Source: Candidatus Saccharimonadota bacterium
Lineage (GTDB): Bacteria; Bacteroidota; Bacteroidia; Flavobacteriales; Blattabacteriaceae
Assembly: GCF_028673255.1 (NCBI RefSeq)
Contig: NZ_CP110504.1
Location: 30,001-62,000 of the forward strand
DNA: 32,000 nt
Direction of reading: 5' to 3'
In this document: positions 18,623 to 26,497 of the stretch, one piece after another
How the letters are laid out: each line of letters begins with the position of its first letter
How positions within the stretch are numbered: position 1 is the first letter of the stretch
Translations under genes and position numbers: made by a program
The notes under the pieces: generated by a model
What the model was told of the DNA's origin: nothing
The model's input: the letters and a program-made list of their open reading frames with translations, nothing else
The model's database searches: none

Positions 18623-18961
18623 ATGACAATTAAAAAGAAAGATAATATTTTACTTAAAAGTGGTAATCATAAAGGAAAGAAAGGGCAAGTTATAAAGATT
18701 ATAAAAAATAGAGCGTTAGTAGAACTTTTAACCAAAGAAGTCAATAGACTAATTGAAATGGATTTCTCTAATTTACTTGTAATATATAGACCTATTCTTA
18801 ATAAGGAGAATTTTTTAAATGCTAAGAAATTTAAAATATTAAACAATGTCTTAAGAAAGATGATAAAAATGAATAAAGAATTAAATTATTTATTTTCGAG
18901 AGAAGAATTCAAGAATTTCTTAAAGATTAGGTCGTTAGAAAATATTAAAAATAAACAATGA
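18623..18961 (+). CDS. rplX: 50S ribosomal protein L24, with a divergent C-terminal half
   Basis: Operon position plus a KOW-like N-terminus IKKKDNILLKSGNHKGKKGQVIKIIKNRALVE. The remainder is not recognisable. Confidence 0.8.
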   Translation: MTIKKKDNILLKSGNHKGKKGQVIKIIKNRALVELLTKEVNRLIEMDFSNLLVIYRPILNKENFLNAKKFKILNNVLRKMIKMNKELNYLFSREEFKNFLKIRSLENIKNKQ

Positions 18962-19497
18962 ATTATTCACCTAGATTGAAAATAAAATATAATGAAAATA
19001 TTAAATTAAAATTAAACAAAAAATTTATATATGAATGTATAATGCAAATTCCAAAATTAACGAAAATAGTAATAAATCAAGGTATAAATATATATGATAA
19101 AAATACCTTAAATAATGCTATGGAAAATATTTCTTTAATATCTGGACAGAAAGCAATTTTTTGCAAATCAAAACGTGATGAATCAGGATTTAAACTACGA
19201 AAAGGAACCCCGATTAGCGTAAAAGTAACTCTACGTAGAAATAGGATGTATGAATTTTTAGATAGATTAATAAATATTGCATTACCTAGAGTTCGTGACT
19301 TCAAAGGAGTAAATAAAAATAGTTTTGATGGAAAAGGAAATTATAATTTAGGAATTCGGGAACAAATTATATTTCCAGAAATAAAAAAAGATTTCAAACA
19401 AAATATAGGAATGAATATTACTTTTGTAACTACTGCTAAAAAAGATAAAGAAGCAAAATATTTATTATATTTATTTGGTCTTCCTTTTAAAAAATAA
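18958..19497 (+). CDS. rplE: 50S ribosomal protein L5
   Basis: MNYSPRLKIKYNENI...IMQIPKLTKIVINQGIN...ALPRVRDFKGVN..SFDGKGNYNLGIREQIIFPEI. Confidence 0.95.
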   Translation: MNYSPRLKIKYNENIKLKLNKKFIYECIMQIPKLTKIVINQGINIYDKNTLNNAMENISLISGQKAIFCKSKRDESGFKLRKGTPISVKVTLRRNRMYEFLDRLINIALPRVRDFKGVNKNSFDGKGNYNLGIREQIIFPEIKKDFKQNIGMNITFVTTAKKDKEAKYLLYLFGLPFKK

Positions 19498-19506
19498 AAT
19501 ATAATT

Positions 19507-19776
19507 ATGTCTAAAGAAGCTATAAAAGCTAGACAAAAAAAACGTAGAATTTTAGTTGAGAAATATTCTAAAAAAAGAGCTTATTATAAGAATATAGTAG
19601 ATCATATAAATTTACAGAAATTGCCTAAAAATGCTTCTCCAGTTCGTTTACACAATATTTGTAATATCACTGGTAGAACTAAAGGTTATATTCGAAAATT
19701 TGGTATCTCACGATTAGAATTTAGACGATTAGCCTCACAAGGCTTAATTCCAGGAGTAAGAAAAGCTAGTTGGTAA
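19507..19776 (+). CDS. rpsN: 30S ribosomal protein S14
   Basis: An 89-aa protein with [13 protein letters not shown] and C-terminal [34 protein letters not shown]. Confidence 0.94.
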   Translation: MSKEAIKARQKKRRILVEKYSKKRAYYKNIVDHINLQKLPKNASPVRLHNICNITGRTKGYIRKFGISRLEFRRLASQGLIPGVRKASW

Positions 19777-19789
19777 AAACAAAGAAATA

Positions 19790-20191
19790 ATGATGATTAC
19801 AGATCAAATTTCGGATTGTTTAACAAGAATTAGAAATGGTTGTATAGCTAAGAAAGATACTATCTATATACCATATTCGAAAATAAAAACAAGTATTATT
19901 CAAATTTTGTTTGAACAAGGTTTTATAGTAAATTATAACTTAGAAATAAAGAAAAACCAAAAATCCATACTTGTAGAGTTAAAATATATTTATCCTAAAA
20001 AACAATCGGTAATTAAATATATTAAAAGAATAAGTAAACCAAGTTTCAGAAAATATTCAAGTAGTAAAAATTTACCTAGAGTTATTAATGGTTTGGGAAT
20101 AGCTATTATATCAACATCAAAAGGAATAATTACTGATAAATTAGCTAGAACAAACAAAATAGGTGGTGAAATAATTTGTTATGTATATTAG
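19790..20191 (+). CDS. rpsH: 30S ribosomal protein S8
   Basis: [15 protein letters not shown]...[33 protein letters not shown]. The start is ATG 19790 or 19793. Confidence 0.95.
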   Translation: MMITDQISDCLTRIRNGCIAKKDTIYIPYSKIKTSIIQILFEQGFIVNYNLEIKKNQKSILVELKYIYPKKQSVIKYIKRISKPSFRKYSSSKNLPRVINGLGIAIISTSKGIITDKLARTNKIGGEIICYVY

Positions 20192-20211
20192 ATGAATAAT
20201 AAAAAATATTC

Positions 20212-20760
20212 ATGTCTAGACTTGGCAACAGAACGATTATTATCCCCAAAAATATTTTAATTAAACTTAAAAAGAATGTAATTTCTGTAACTGGTCCTCT
20301 TGGAACCATTTCTATGAAAATAATAGGTGAACTAAAAATAGAAATTGAAGAAAACAAACTAACAATACAAAGAATAGAGAATAATAAATCTCTACATGGA
20401 TTATACCGAATGCTAATTAATAATATGATACTAGGTGTATTATATGGTTTTAAAAAAGAATTAGAATTGAAAGGAGTGGGTTATAAAGTTGCTTTAGATA
20501 ATGAAAAAAAAGTATTAGAATTTCACTTAGGCTACTCTCATAATATAGTCATGAATTTACCCAAAGAATTAAAAGTAGAAATAAAAAATGAAAATAACAA
20601 AAATACTAGGATTATTTTAAGGTCATATGATAAACAATTATTGGGGATATTTGCTGCAAAAATAAGATCTTTAAGAAAGCCTGATCCCTATAAAGGAAAA
20701 GGCATTCGTTATATTAATGAATATATTCTGAAAAAAGCTGGAAAAACGACAGTAAAATAA
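20212..20760 (+). CDS. rplF: 50S ribosomal protein L6
   Basis: MSRLGNRTIIIP...LKGVGYKV...LGYSHNIVMNLP...PDPYKGKGIRY. Confidence 0.95.
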   Translation: MSRLGNRTIIIPKNILIKLKKNVISVTGPLGTISMKIIGELKIEIEENKLTIQRIENNKSLHGLYRMLINNMILGVLYGFKKELELKGVGYKVALDNEKKVLEFHLGYSHNIVMNLPKELKVEIKNENNKNTRIILRSYDKQLLGIFAAKIRSLRKPDPYKGKGIRYINEYILKKAGKTTVK

Positions 20761-20770
20761 AATTAATGAT

Positions 20771-21076
20771 ATGAAAACCAAAAAAATTGGTACCTTAAAA
20801 AGACCGAGAATTTCAGTCTTTAGAAGTAATAAGCATATTTATGTTCAAATAATAGATGATGTTAATCATCATACTTTACTATCAGATTCTTCTAAAAAAA
20901 AATATAATTTTAAAATTCCTAAAAATAAAATTGCAAGGAAAATAGGTATGATTTTAGGAGAAAAAGCAAAAACAATCGGTATTTATAATTTCTTTTTTGA
21001 TAGAAATGGATATTTTTATCATGGGAGAGTTAAAGCTTTGGCAGAGGGATTCAGAAAAACTGGTTTAAAATTTTAA
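20771..21076 (+). CDS. rplR: 50S ribosomal protein L18
   Basis: RPRISVFRSNKHIYVQIIDD...FFFDRNGYFYHGRVKALAEGFRKTGLKF. Confidence 0.93.
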   Translation: MKTKKIGTLKRPRISVFRSNKHIYVQIIDDVNHHTLLSDSSKKKYNFKIPKNKIARKIGMILGEKAKTIGIYNFFFDRNGYFYHGRVKALAEGFRKTGLKF

Positions 21077-21079
21077 AAG

Positions 21080-21553
21080 ATGAAAGAGAAATTAGTCACA
21101 TTAAAACGAGTCTGTAAAGTTACCAAAGGAAGAAGATATTTCAGTTTTACAGCTTTAGTAGTTAAAGGAAATAAAAATGGGGTAGTAGGATTTGGGGTTG
21201 GAAAAGCTAAAGAACCACAAAATGCAATCAGAAAAGCTGGTGCAAAAGCAGAAAAAAGATTGGTTCAAATATTATTAACTGGAGGGACTATTCCTCATGA
21301 ACAAAAAGCTAAGCATGGCAGTACTTATATATTTCTTTCGCCAGCTTCAGAAGGAACTGGAATAATTGCAGGAGGGGTTGTTAGAATAGTTTTAGAATTA
21401 GTAGGCGTCAAAAATATTTTCTCGAAATTGAATGGTTCATCTAACCCGAATAATTGCATTAGGGCAGTAATATTAGCTTTAACAAAAATTAGAAATGCAT
21501 ATACTATCTCAAAAGAAAGAGGGCTTACTATTAAAAATATTTTTGAAGGTTAA
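21080..21553 (+). CDS. rpsE: 30S ribosomal protein S5
   Basis: LKRVCKVTKGRRYFSFTALVVKGNKNGVVGFGVGKAKEPQNAIRKA...PASEGTGIIAGG. Confidence 0.96.
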   Translation: MKEKLVTLKRVCKVTKGRRYFSFTALVVKGNKNGVVGFGVGKAKEPQNAIRKAGAKAEKRLVQILLTGGTIPHEQKAKHGSTYIFLSPASEGTGIIAGGVVRIVLELVGVKNIFSKLNGSSNPNNCIRAVILALTKIRNAYTISKERGLTIKNIFEG

Positions 21554-21580
21554 ATTAAGTAAAAGTAAAATTTACTTTAC

Positions 21581-22033
21581 ATGATTCTGAATCAGTTAAC
21601 TCCTAGGATAGGATCAAATAAGAAAGGCAAACGATTAGGAAGAGGAAAAGGTTCTGGAAAAGGAAAAACTTCTACTAGAGGTGATAAAGGGGCAAAATCA
21701 CGCTCTGGAAATTCTATTAAACTAGGATTTGAAGGTGGACAAATGCCATTGCATAAACGTATTCCAAAATTGGGATTTAAAAACATAAATAACAAAAAAT
21801 ATAAAATATTTAATTTAGACAATATAGAATATATAATAAATATGGGAAAGGTAACAATAAATTTAATAAACAAGAATGTATTGAGACAAATTGGTTTATT
21901 AAAAAAAAAAGAGTGTTTTAAAATATTAGGACGAGGTGAATTAACTCACAAAATAAAAATTTGGGCTCATAAGTTTAGTAAAAAAGCATCTTTAAAGATT
22001 CAAAAACTTGGAGGAAAGACTGAAAGATTATAA
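21581..22033 (+). CDS. rplO: 50S ribosomal protein L15
   Basis: LGRGKGSGKGKTSTRGDKGAKSRSG...FEGGQMPLHKRIPKLGF. Confidence 0.94.
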   Translation: MILNQLTPRIGSNKKGKRLGRGKGSGKGKTSTRGDKGAKSRSGNSIKLGFEGGQMPLHKRIPKLGFKNINNKKYKIFNLDNIEYIINMGKVTINLINKNVLRQIGLLKKKECFKILGRGELTHKIKIWAHKFSKKASLKIQKLGGKTERL

Positions 22034-22070
22034 TTTCTAACATCAGAACTTTGCAACTCATTGCTATAAA

Positions 22071-22286
22071 ATGACGAAAGAAAAATATATGAAATACAAT
22101 GGTATAGTTACAAAAGCTTTACCAAATGCAACATTCAAAGTACAATTAAAAGACAAAAGGATAGTAACTGGATATATAAAAGGGAAACTGAGAATGAATT
22201 ATATTAAAATTTTACCAGGCGATAAAGTAAAATTGCATATTTCATATTATGATTTAACTAAAGCAAGAATAATATATAGATACTAA
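22071..22286 (+). CDS. infA: translation initiation factor IF-1
   Basis: A 71-aa S1-fold protein: GIVTKALPNATFKVQLKD...GKLRMNYIKILPGDKVKLHISYYDLTKARIIYRY. Confidence 0.94.
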   Translation: MTKEKYMKYNGIVTKALPNATFKVQLKDKRIVTGYIKGKLRMNYIKILPGDKVKLHISYYDLTKARIIYRY

Positions 22287-22290
22287 AGGT

Positions 22291-22407
22291 ATGAAAAAAG
22301 TTGCATCTTTAAAAAGAAGAAGCCAAAATTGCAAAATTGTTAAAAGAAAAGGAAAATTAAGAATTATAAATAAAGTTAACCCTAAATATAAACAAAAACA
22401 AAGATGA
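22291..22407 (+). CDS. rpmJ: 50S ribosomal protein L36
   Basis: Not in the ORF track. Hand translation gives MKKVASLKRRSQNCKIVKRKGKLRIINKVNPKYKQKQR (38 aa). Stop is TGA at 22405-22407. Confidence 0.9.
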   Translation: MKKVASLKRRSQNCKIVKRKGKLRIINKVNPKYKQKQR

Positions 22408-22410
22408 GAC

Positions 22411-22794
22411 ATGGCTAGAATATCTGGAATAAATATACCAGAAAATAAAATAGGAATTATAGCTATAACTTATATTTTTGGTATTGGAAAAAATATTGCT
22501 AAAAAAATATTTGAACAGATAAAATTGAATCCAAAGAAAAAAGTAAATAAGTGGTCAGATTTAGAATTAAATATGATTAGGAACTTTATAAATAATAACC
22601 TAAAAGTTGAAGGTGAGTTGAAAACTGAAATTAAATTAGATGTTAAAAGATTAGTTGATCTCAAATGTTATAGAGGTATCAGACATAAAATTGGTCTTAC
22701 AGTGAGAGGACAGAAGACTAAAACGAATTGTAGGACCAGAAAAGGGAAAAGAAAAACAATAGCTAATAAAAAAAAAATTATTAACAAATCATAA
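22411..22794 (+). CDS. rpsM: 30S ribosomal protein S13
   Basis: [13 protein letters not shown]...[15 protein letters not shown]...[32 protein letters not shown]. Confidence 0.96.
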   Translation: MARISGINIPENKIGIIAITYIFGIGKNIAKKIFEQIKLNPKKKVNKWSDLELNMIRNFINNNLKVEGELKTEIKLDVKRLVDLKCYRGIRHKIGLTVRGQKTKTNCRTRKGKRKTIANKKKIINKS

Positions 22795-22805
22795 AATTAG
22801 TAAAA

Positions 22806-23162
22806 ATGAAAAATAAATTATCTGGTTCTATTTGCAACGTAAACATAAATTCTACCTTTAACAATATTCTTATAACTTTGTCTAACTTAAAAGGTGACGT
22901 ACTTGCCTGGGCTTCAGCTGGACAAAAAGGCTTTAAAGGAGCAAAAAAAAATACACCGTATGCAGCTAGTAAAACAGCCCAAGATATAGTAGAAAAAGGG
23001 AAAAAAATGGGGATTAAAAAAATTAATATTATTGTTAAAGGTACAGGATATGGCCGTGACTCAGCAATTAGGACTTTAAGTAATCTTAATGTAATTCTAA
23101 TAAAAGATATTACTCCTATTCCCCATAATGGCTGTAGACCACCAAAAAAAAGAAGAATATAA
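22806..23162 (+). CDS. rpsK: 30S ribosomal protein S11
   Basis: [39 protein letters not shown]...[17 protein letters not shown]. Confidence 0.96.
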   Translation: MKNKLSGSICNVNINSTFNNILITLSNLKGDVLAWASAGQKGFKGAKKNTPYAASKTAQDIVEKGKKMGIKKINIIVKGTGYGRDSAIRTLSNLNVILIKDITPIPHNGCRPPKKRRI

Positions 23163-23177
23163 ATATATATAAACAAA

Positions 23178-23747
23178 ATGGCGAGATATATTGGTCCTAA
23201 AAATAAAAGATCGATAAAATTTGGAATAAAAAACAAAAGATATCCCACTGGGAAACCAAAAATAATAAATTTTAATAAATCAAATTATTCTATTCAATTA
23301 TTAGAAAAACAAAAGATAAAATATATTTATGGAATACTAGAAAAACAATTTAGGAAAATCTTTGAAAAAGCTTATAAAAAAAAGGGGATCACTGGTGAAA
23401 TACTTTTACAACTATGTGAATCAAGGTTAGATAATGTAGTATATAGATTAAATTTTGCTAATACTAGACCAGGAGCAAGACAGTTAGTCACTCATCGTCA
23501 TATATTTGTAAATGGAAAAATTGTTAATATTCCATCTTTTACATTAAAACCTGGTGATAGAATTTCGGTTAAAGAAAAGTTAAAAGATGAAACAATAAAA
23601 CAAATCTCAAAGAAAAAACCAAAGTCTTGGTTGAAGTTAGAACTTAAGTTAAACAAACTTACAGGAATTTTTAAATATATTCCTATGAGAGACCAACTTA
23701 CCGAAAAGATTAAGGAACGTTTAGTGGTAGAATTGTATTCGAAATAA
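23178..23747 (+). CDS. rpsD: 30S ribosomal protein S4
   Basis: MARYIGPKNKRS...LESRLDNVVYRLNFANTRPGARQLVTHRHIFVNGKIVNIPSFTLKPGD. Confidence 0.95.
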   Translation: MARYIGPKNKRSIKFGIKNKRYPTGKPKIINFNKSNYSIQLLEKQKIKYIYGILEKQFRKIFEKAYKKKGITGEILLQLCESRLDNVVYRLNFANTRPGARQLVTHRHIFVNGKIVNIPSFTLKPGDRISVKEKLKDETIKQISKKKPKSWLKLELKLNKLTGIFKYIPMRDQLTEKIKERLVVELYSK

Positions 23748-23752
23748 CAAAG

Positions 23753-24865
23753 ATGATTATTTCACCTGCCCAGATAAAAGTATTAAAAAATTCTAATAAT
23801 ATAGGAAAATTTTTAATCAAACCTTTAAGTCCTGGATTTGGAATTACTATAGGGAATGCTTTAAGAAGGGTTTTAATTTCATATTTAGAAGGGTATGCAA
23901 TATATTATATAATGATTAATGGTATAAAACATGAATTCTCTTATGTAGATGGAGTAATAGAAAATATAACTGAAATAATATTAAATTTAAAAAAAATACG
24001 GTTTAAATTAAAAAGTAAACGTGTGGGTTCGAACAACATACCAAAACATTATACAATATTTTTCAAAACAAAAAAAGAACAAATTACTGCTGGAGATTTG
24101 TGTGGATCTCTTACTTATTTTGAAGTATTGAATCCAAAGTTATTAATTTTGAAGAAAGAGTTAGATACTAATTTAAATATTACTATAGGGATTAAAAAAG
24201 GAGTTGGATATGTTCCAGTAGAAAAAAATAAGTACTTTCAGAAGAAACGAGGTAAAATTCCAATTGATACTATTTTTAGTCCAATAATAAACGTAAGATT
24301 CAAAGTAGAAAATTGTGAAGTTCATAATTCCTATGAATATGATAGTTTGATTCTAGAAATTATTACTGATGGTTCCATCACTCCCCAAAATGCTTTTAAA
24401 AAAGCTTCTAGTATCCTAATCCAACATTTTACTTTATTTTTTAATGGTAAAAATAATGGTAAAAAAAAAGCAACAAATTCTTTAGATTCGAAAGAAAGAA
24501 TACAAGTTTTATATATGCAAAAAGTTTTAAATTCTAAATTATCAGAAAATGTAAACGATCTTTCAGTTAGAACATTAAATTGTTTGAAATTTGCTAAAAT
24601 TAGAACTTGGGCTGACTTAGTAAAATTTAAGACATCAGATTTCTTAAAAGTAAGAAATTTTGGTATGAAATCATTCGATGAATTGAATAAAAAAATGAAA
24701 AAATTAGGATTATCTTATGGTATGGATTTATCAAAATATAAAATTAAAATTTATAATAAAAAACAAAGAATAATAAATTTTCGTGAAAAAATGAGACAAA
24801 TAGTAAAGCTAAGAAATATTCTGAAACTAAGAAAAATGATGAAGAAAAATGATACACAAAAATAA
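23753..24865 (+). CDS. rpoA: DNA-directed RNA polymerase subunit alpha, with about 40 aa of Lys-rich C-terminal tail
   Basis: GFGITIGNALRRVLIS in the N-terminal domain, and a C-terminal domain with LSVRTLNCLKFAKIRTWADLVK...VRNFGMKSFDELNKKM. Confidence 0.94.
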   Translation: MIISPAQIKVLKNSNNIGKFLIKPLSPGFGITIGNALRRVLISYLEGYAIYYIMINGIKHEFSYVDGVIENITEIILNLKKIRFKLKSKRVGSNNIPKHYTIFFKTKKEQITAGDLCGSLTYFEVLNPKLLILKKELDTNLNITIGIKKGVGYVPVEKNKYFQKKRGKIPIDTIFSPIINVRFKVENCEVHNSYEYDSLILEIITDGSITPQNAFKKASSILIQHFTLFFNGKNNGKKKATNSLDSKERIQVLYMQKVLNSKLSENVNDLSVRTLNCLKFAKIRTWADLVKFKTSDFLKVRNFGMKSFDELNKKMKKLGLSYGMDLSKYKIKIYNKKQRIINFREKMRQIVKLRNILKLRKMMKKNDTQK

Positions 24866-25229
24866 AACTAAGAATTTAGGGAGAACTAAATCTCATCGAA
24901 AAGCCCTGTTGACTAATCTTGCTATTTCACTAATAAAACATAAGAGAATTACAACTACCTTGGCTAAAGCAAAAGATTTAAAAAAATTCATTGAACCTAT
25001 AATAACTATAGGTAAAAAACAAAATACTCATTCTAGGCGAATAGTATTTAAAAAATTAAATGATAAAACTGCTGTTTTTGAACTTTTAAAAAATATATCA
25101 AAAAAGAATATCAAACGTAATGGAGGATATACAAGAATTATTAAAATTGGAAATAGGTTAGGAGATTTTTCAGAAATTGCAATTATTGAGCTAGTAGAGT
25201 TTATTGAAAGAATTCAAATCATGAATTAA
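24849..25229 (+). CDS. rplQ: 50S ribosomal protein L17
   Basis: LGRTKSHRKALLTNLAISLIKHKRITTTLAKAKDLKKFIEPIIT...GGYTRIIKIGNRLGD. It overlaps the rpoA end by 17 nt. Confidence 0.95.
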   Translation: MIHKNKTKNLGRTKSHRKALLTNLAISLIKHKRITTTLAKAKDLKKFIEPIITIGKKQNTHSRRIVFKKLNDKTAVFELLKNISKKNIKRNGGYTRIIKIGNRLGDFSEIAIIELVEFIERIQIMN

Positions 25230-25230
25230 T

Positions 25231-26121
25231 ATGAAATATTTTCATAAACCTGTTTTATTATCTGAAGTTATAGAACACCTTATTTATGATATTCATGGAA
25301 TATATGTAGATTCTACTTTTGGTAGTGGTGGACATGCTAGGAGCATCTTAAAGAAAATAAGTAATAAAGGTAAATTAATTGCTTTTGATCAAGATCAATT
25401 TTCAATTATTAAAAATAAAATTTGTGAGAAAAGAATAATATTGTTTAACGCTAATTTTAGAAAAATAAAAAAAATATTAAAAGATTCTAAAAACAACCTT
25501 CTAAATAATGTCTCAGGAATAATGGCAGATTTAGGAGTTTCCTCTTATCAAATAGATACACCACAAAGAGGATTTTCAATAAGATTTAATAACATTTTGG
25601 ATATGAGAATGGATTTATCGAAAACCAAGTCTGCTTTAAATATTCTAAAAACTTATTCTTTTGAAGAGTTAAATAATATTTTCTATAAATATGGTGAATT
25701 TAAAAATCCCCAAATAATCTCTAGAAAAATTTTATTAAACCGTAAATTTATTAACACTACTTTTGATTTAGTAAAATTATTCAATAAGAACATTAAATTT
25801 TTATCTAGATTATTCCAAGCTTTAAGAATAGAAGTAAATGATGAAATAAATGCATTAAAGAAATTCCTTAAACAAGCAAGAAATATCTTAAAACAGGGTG
25901 GTAGATTAGCTATTATTTCATATCATTCCTTAGAAGATAGATTAGTTAAAAACTTCTTTAAAACTGGAAATATACATGGTATTCTTAGATATGATAAGAA
26001 AGGGAATAATTTATCTCCATTTCATAAAAGATATACTAAAAGAATTTTTCCTACAAAACAAGAAATATATACAAATAATAGAGCGAAAAGCGCTATCTTA
26101 AGAATTACACAAAAAATATAA
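25231..26121 (+). CDS. rsmH: 16S rRNA (cytosine1402-N4)-methyltransferase RsmH (MraW)
   Basis: HKPVLLSEVIEHL...YVDSTFGSGGHARSIL...DLGVSSYQIDTPQRGFS...ISYHSLEDRLVKNFF. Confidence 0.92.
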   Translation: MKYFHKPVLLSEVIEHLIYDIHGIYVDSTFGSGGHARSILKKISNKGKLIAFDQDQFSIIKNKICEKRIILFNANFRKIKKILKDSKNNLLNNVSGIMADLGVSSYQIDTPQRGFSIRFNNILDMRMDLSKTKSALNILKTYSFEELNNIFYKYGEFKNPQIISRKILLNRKFINTTFDLVKLFNKNIKFLSRLFQALRIEVNDEINALKKFLKQARNILKQGGRLAIISYHSLEDRLVKNFFKTGNIHGILRYDKKGNNLSPFHKRYTKRIFPTKQEIYTNNRAKSAILRITQKI

Positions 26122-26179
26122 GTTGTTGTACTGCTAATTGTTCAATTTAACTTGTGAAGTTTGGTTAACTTTATAACTA

Positions 26180-26497
26180 TAAAGTATGTTGATTTATCGC
26201 ATGTTTTGTTTTTCAAAACAAGAGGAAAGTCCGGACACATTATGGAGAACACAACGGATAACACCCGTACATCGTGAGATGAGGAATAGTACAACAGAAA
26301 GTATATACAGTTGAGCTGTAGTGAAATCATGTAAACTCTGTGTTGTGAAATGCCAAATATACCAGAAACTTTTTGAAAAAAGTATAGTTTCTCCATAACT
26401 ATTATAATGGTGGGTAGGCAGATAGAGAGAAAAGGTAACTTTTATACTAGATAAATGATAAATTATACAGAATCTGGCTTATAGACATACTTTAAAA
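26180..26497 (+). ncRNA. rnpB: RNase P RNA (bacterial type A, size-reduced); ends approximate
   Basis: The conserved P4 5' strand GAGGAAAGTCCGG lies at 26222-26234 and the conserved ACAGAATCTGGCTTAT at 26467-26482. P1 pairs TAAAGTATGT (26180-26189) with ACATACTTTA (26485-26494). P2 pairs ATTTATC (26192-26198) with GATAAAT (26457-26463). The P3 hairpin is GTTTTG-TTTTT-CAAAAC (26203-26219). Confidence 0.88.

Noticed and set aside
22405-22407. Possible UGA-to-Trp recoding (genetic code 4), as seen in some other tiny symbiont genomes.
   Set aside because: TGA terminates sufS, pnp, rpmF, rplP, rplX, rsmG and rpmJ exactly at the expected protein ends, and Trp positions use TGG. The standard code 11 fits.
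19077-22664. Short minus-strand ORFs at 19077-19304, 20145-20357, 21592-21873 and 22470-22664.
   Set aside because: Each is antisense to a well-supported ribosomal protein gene: rplE, rpsH/rplF, rplO and rpsM respectively.
22781-23248. A 155-aa hydrophobic ORF on the minus strand that looks like a membrane protein.
   Set aside because: It lies entirely antisense to the strongly conserved rpsK and the rpsD start. Lys-rich AAA/AAG sense codons give a Phe/Leu-rich antisense frame. It has no recognisable family signature, so it is an artefact of composition.
26142-26396. An 84-aa minus-strand ORF.
   Set aside because: It overlaps the RNase P RNA gene, whose conserved cores and helices explain this sequence.
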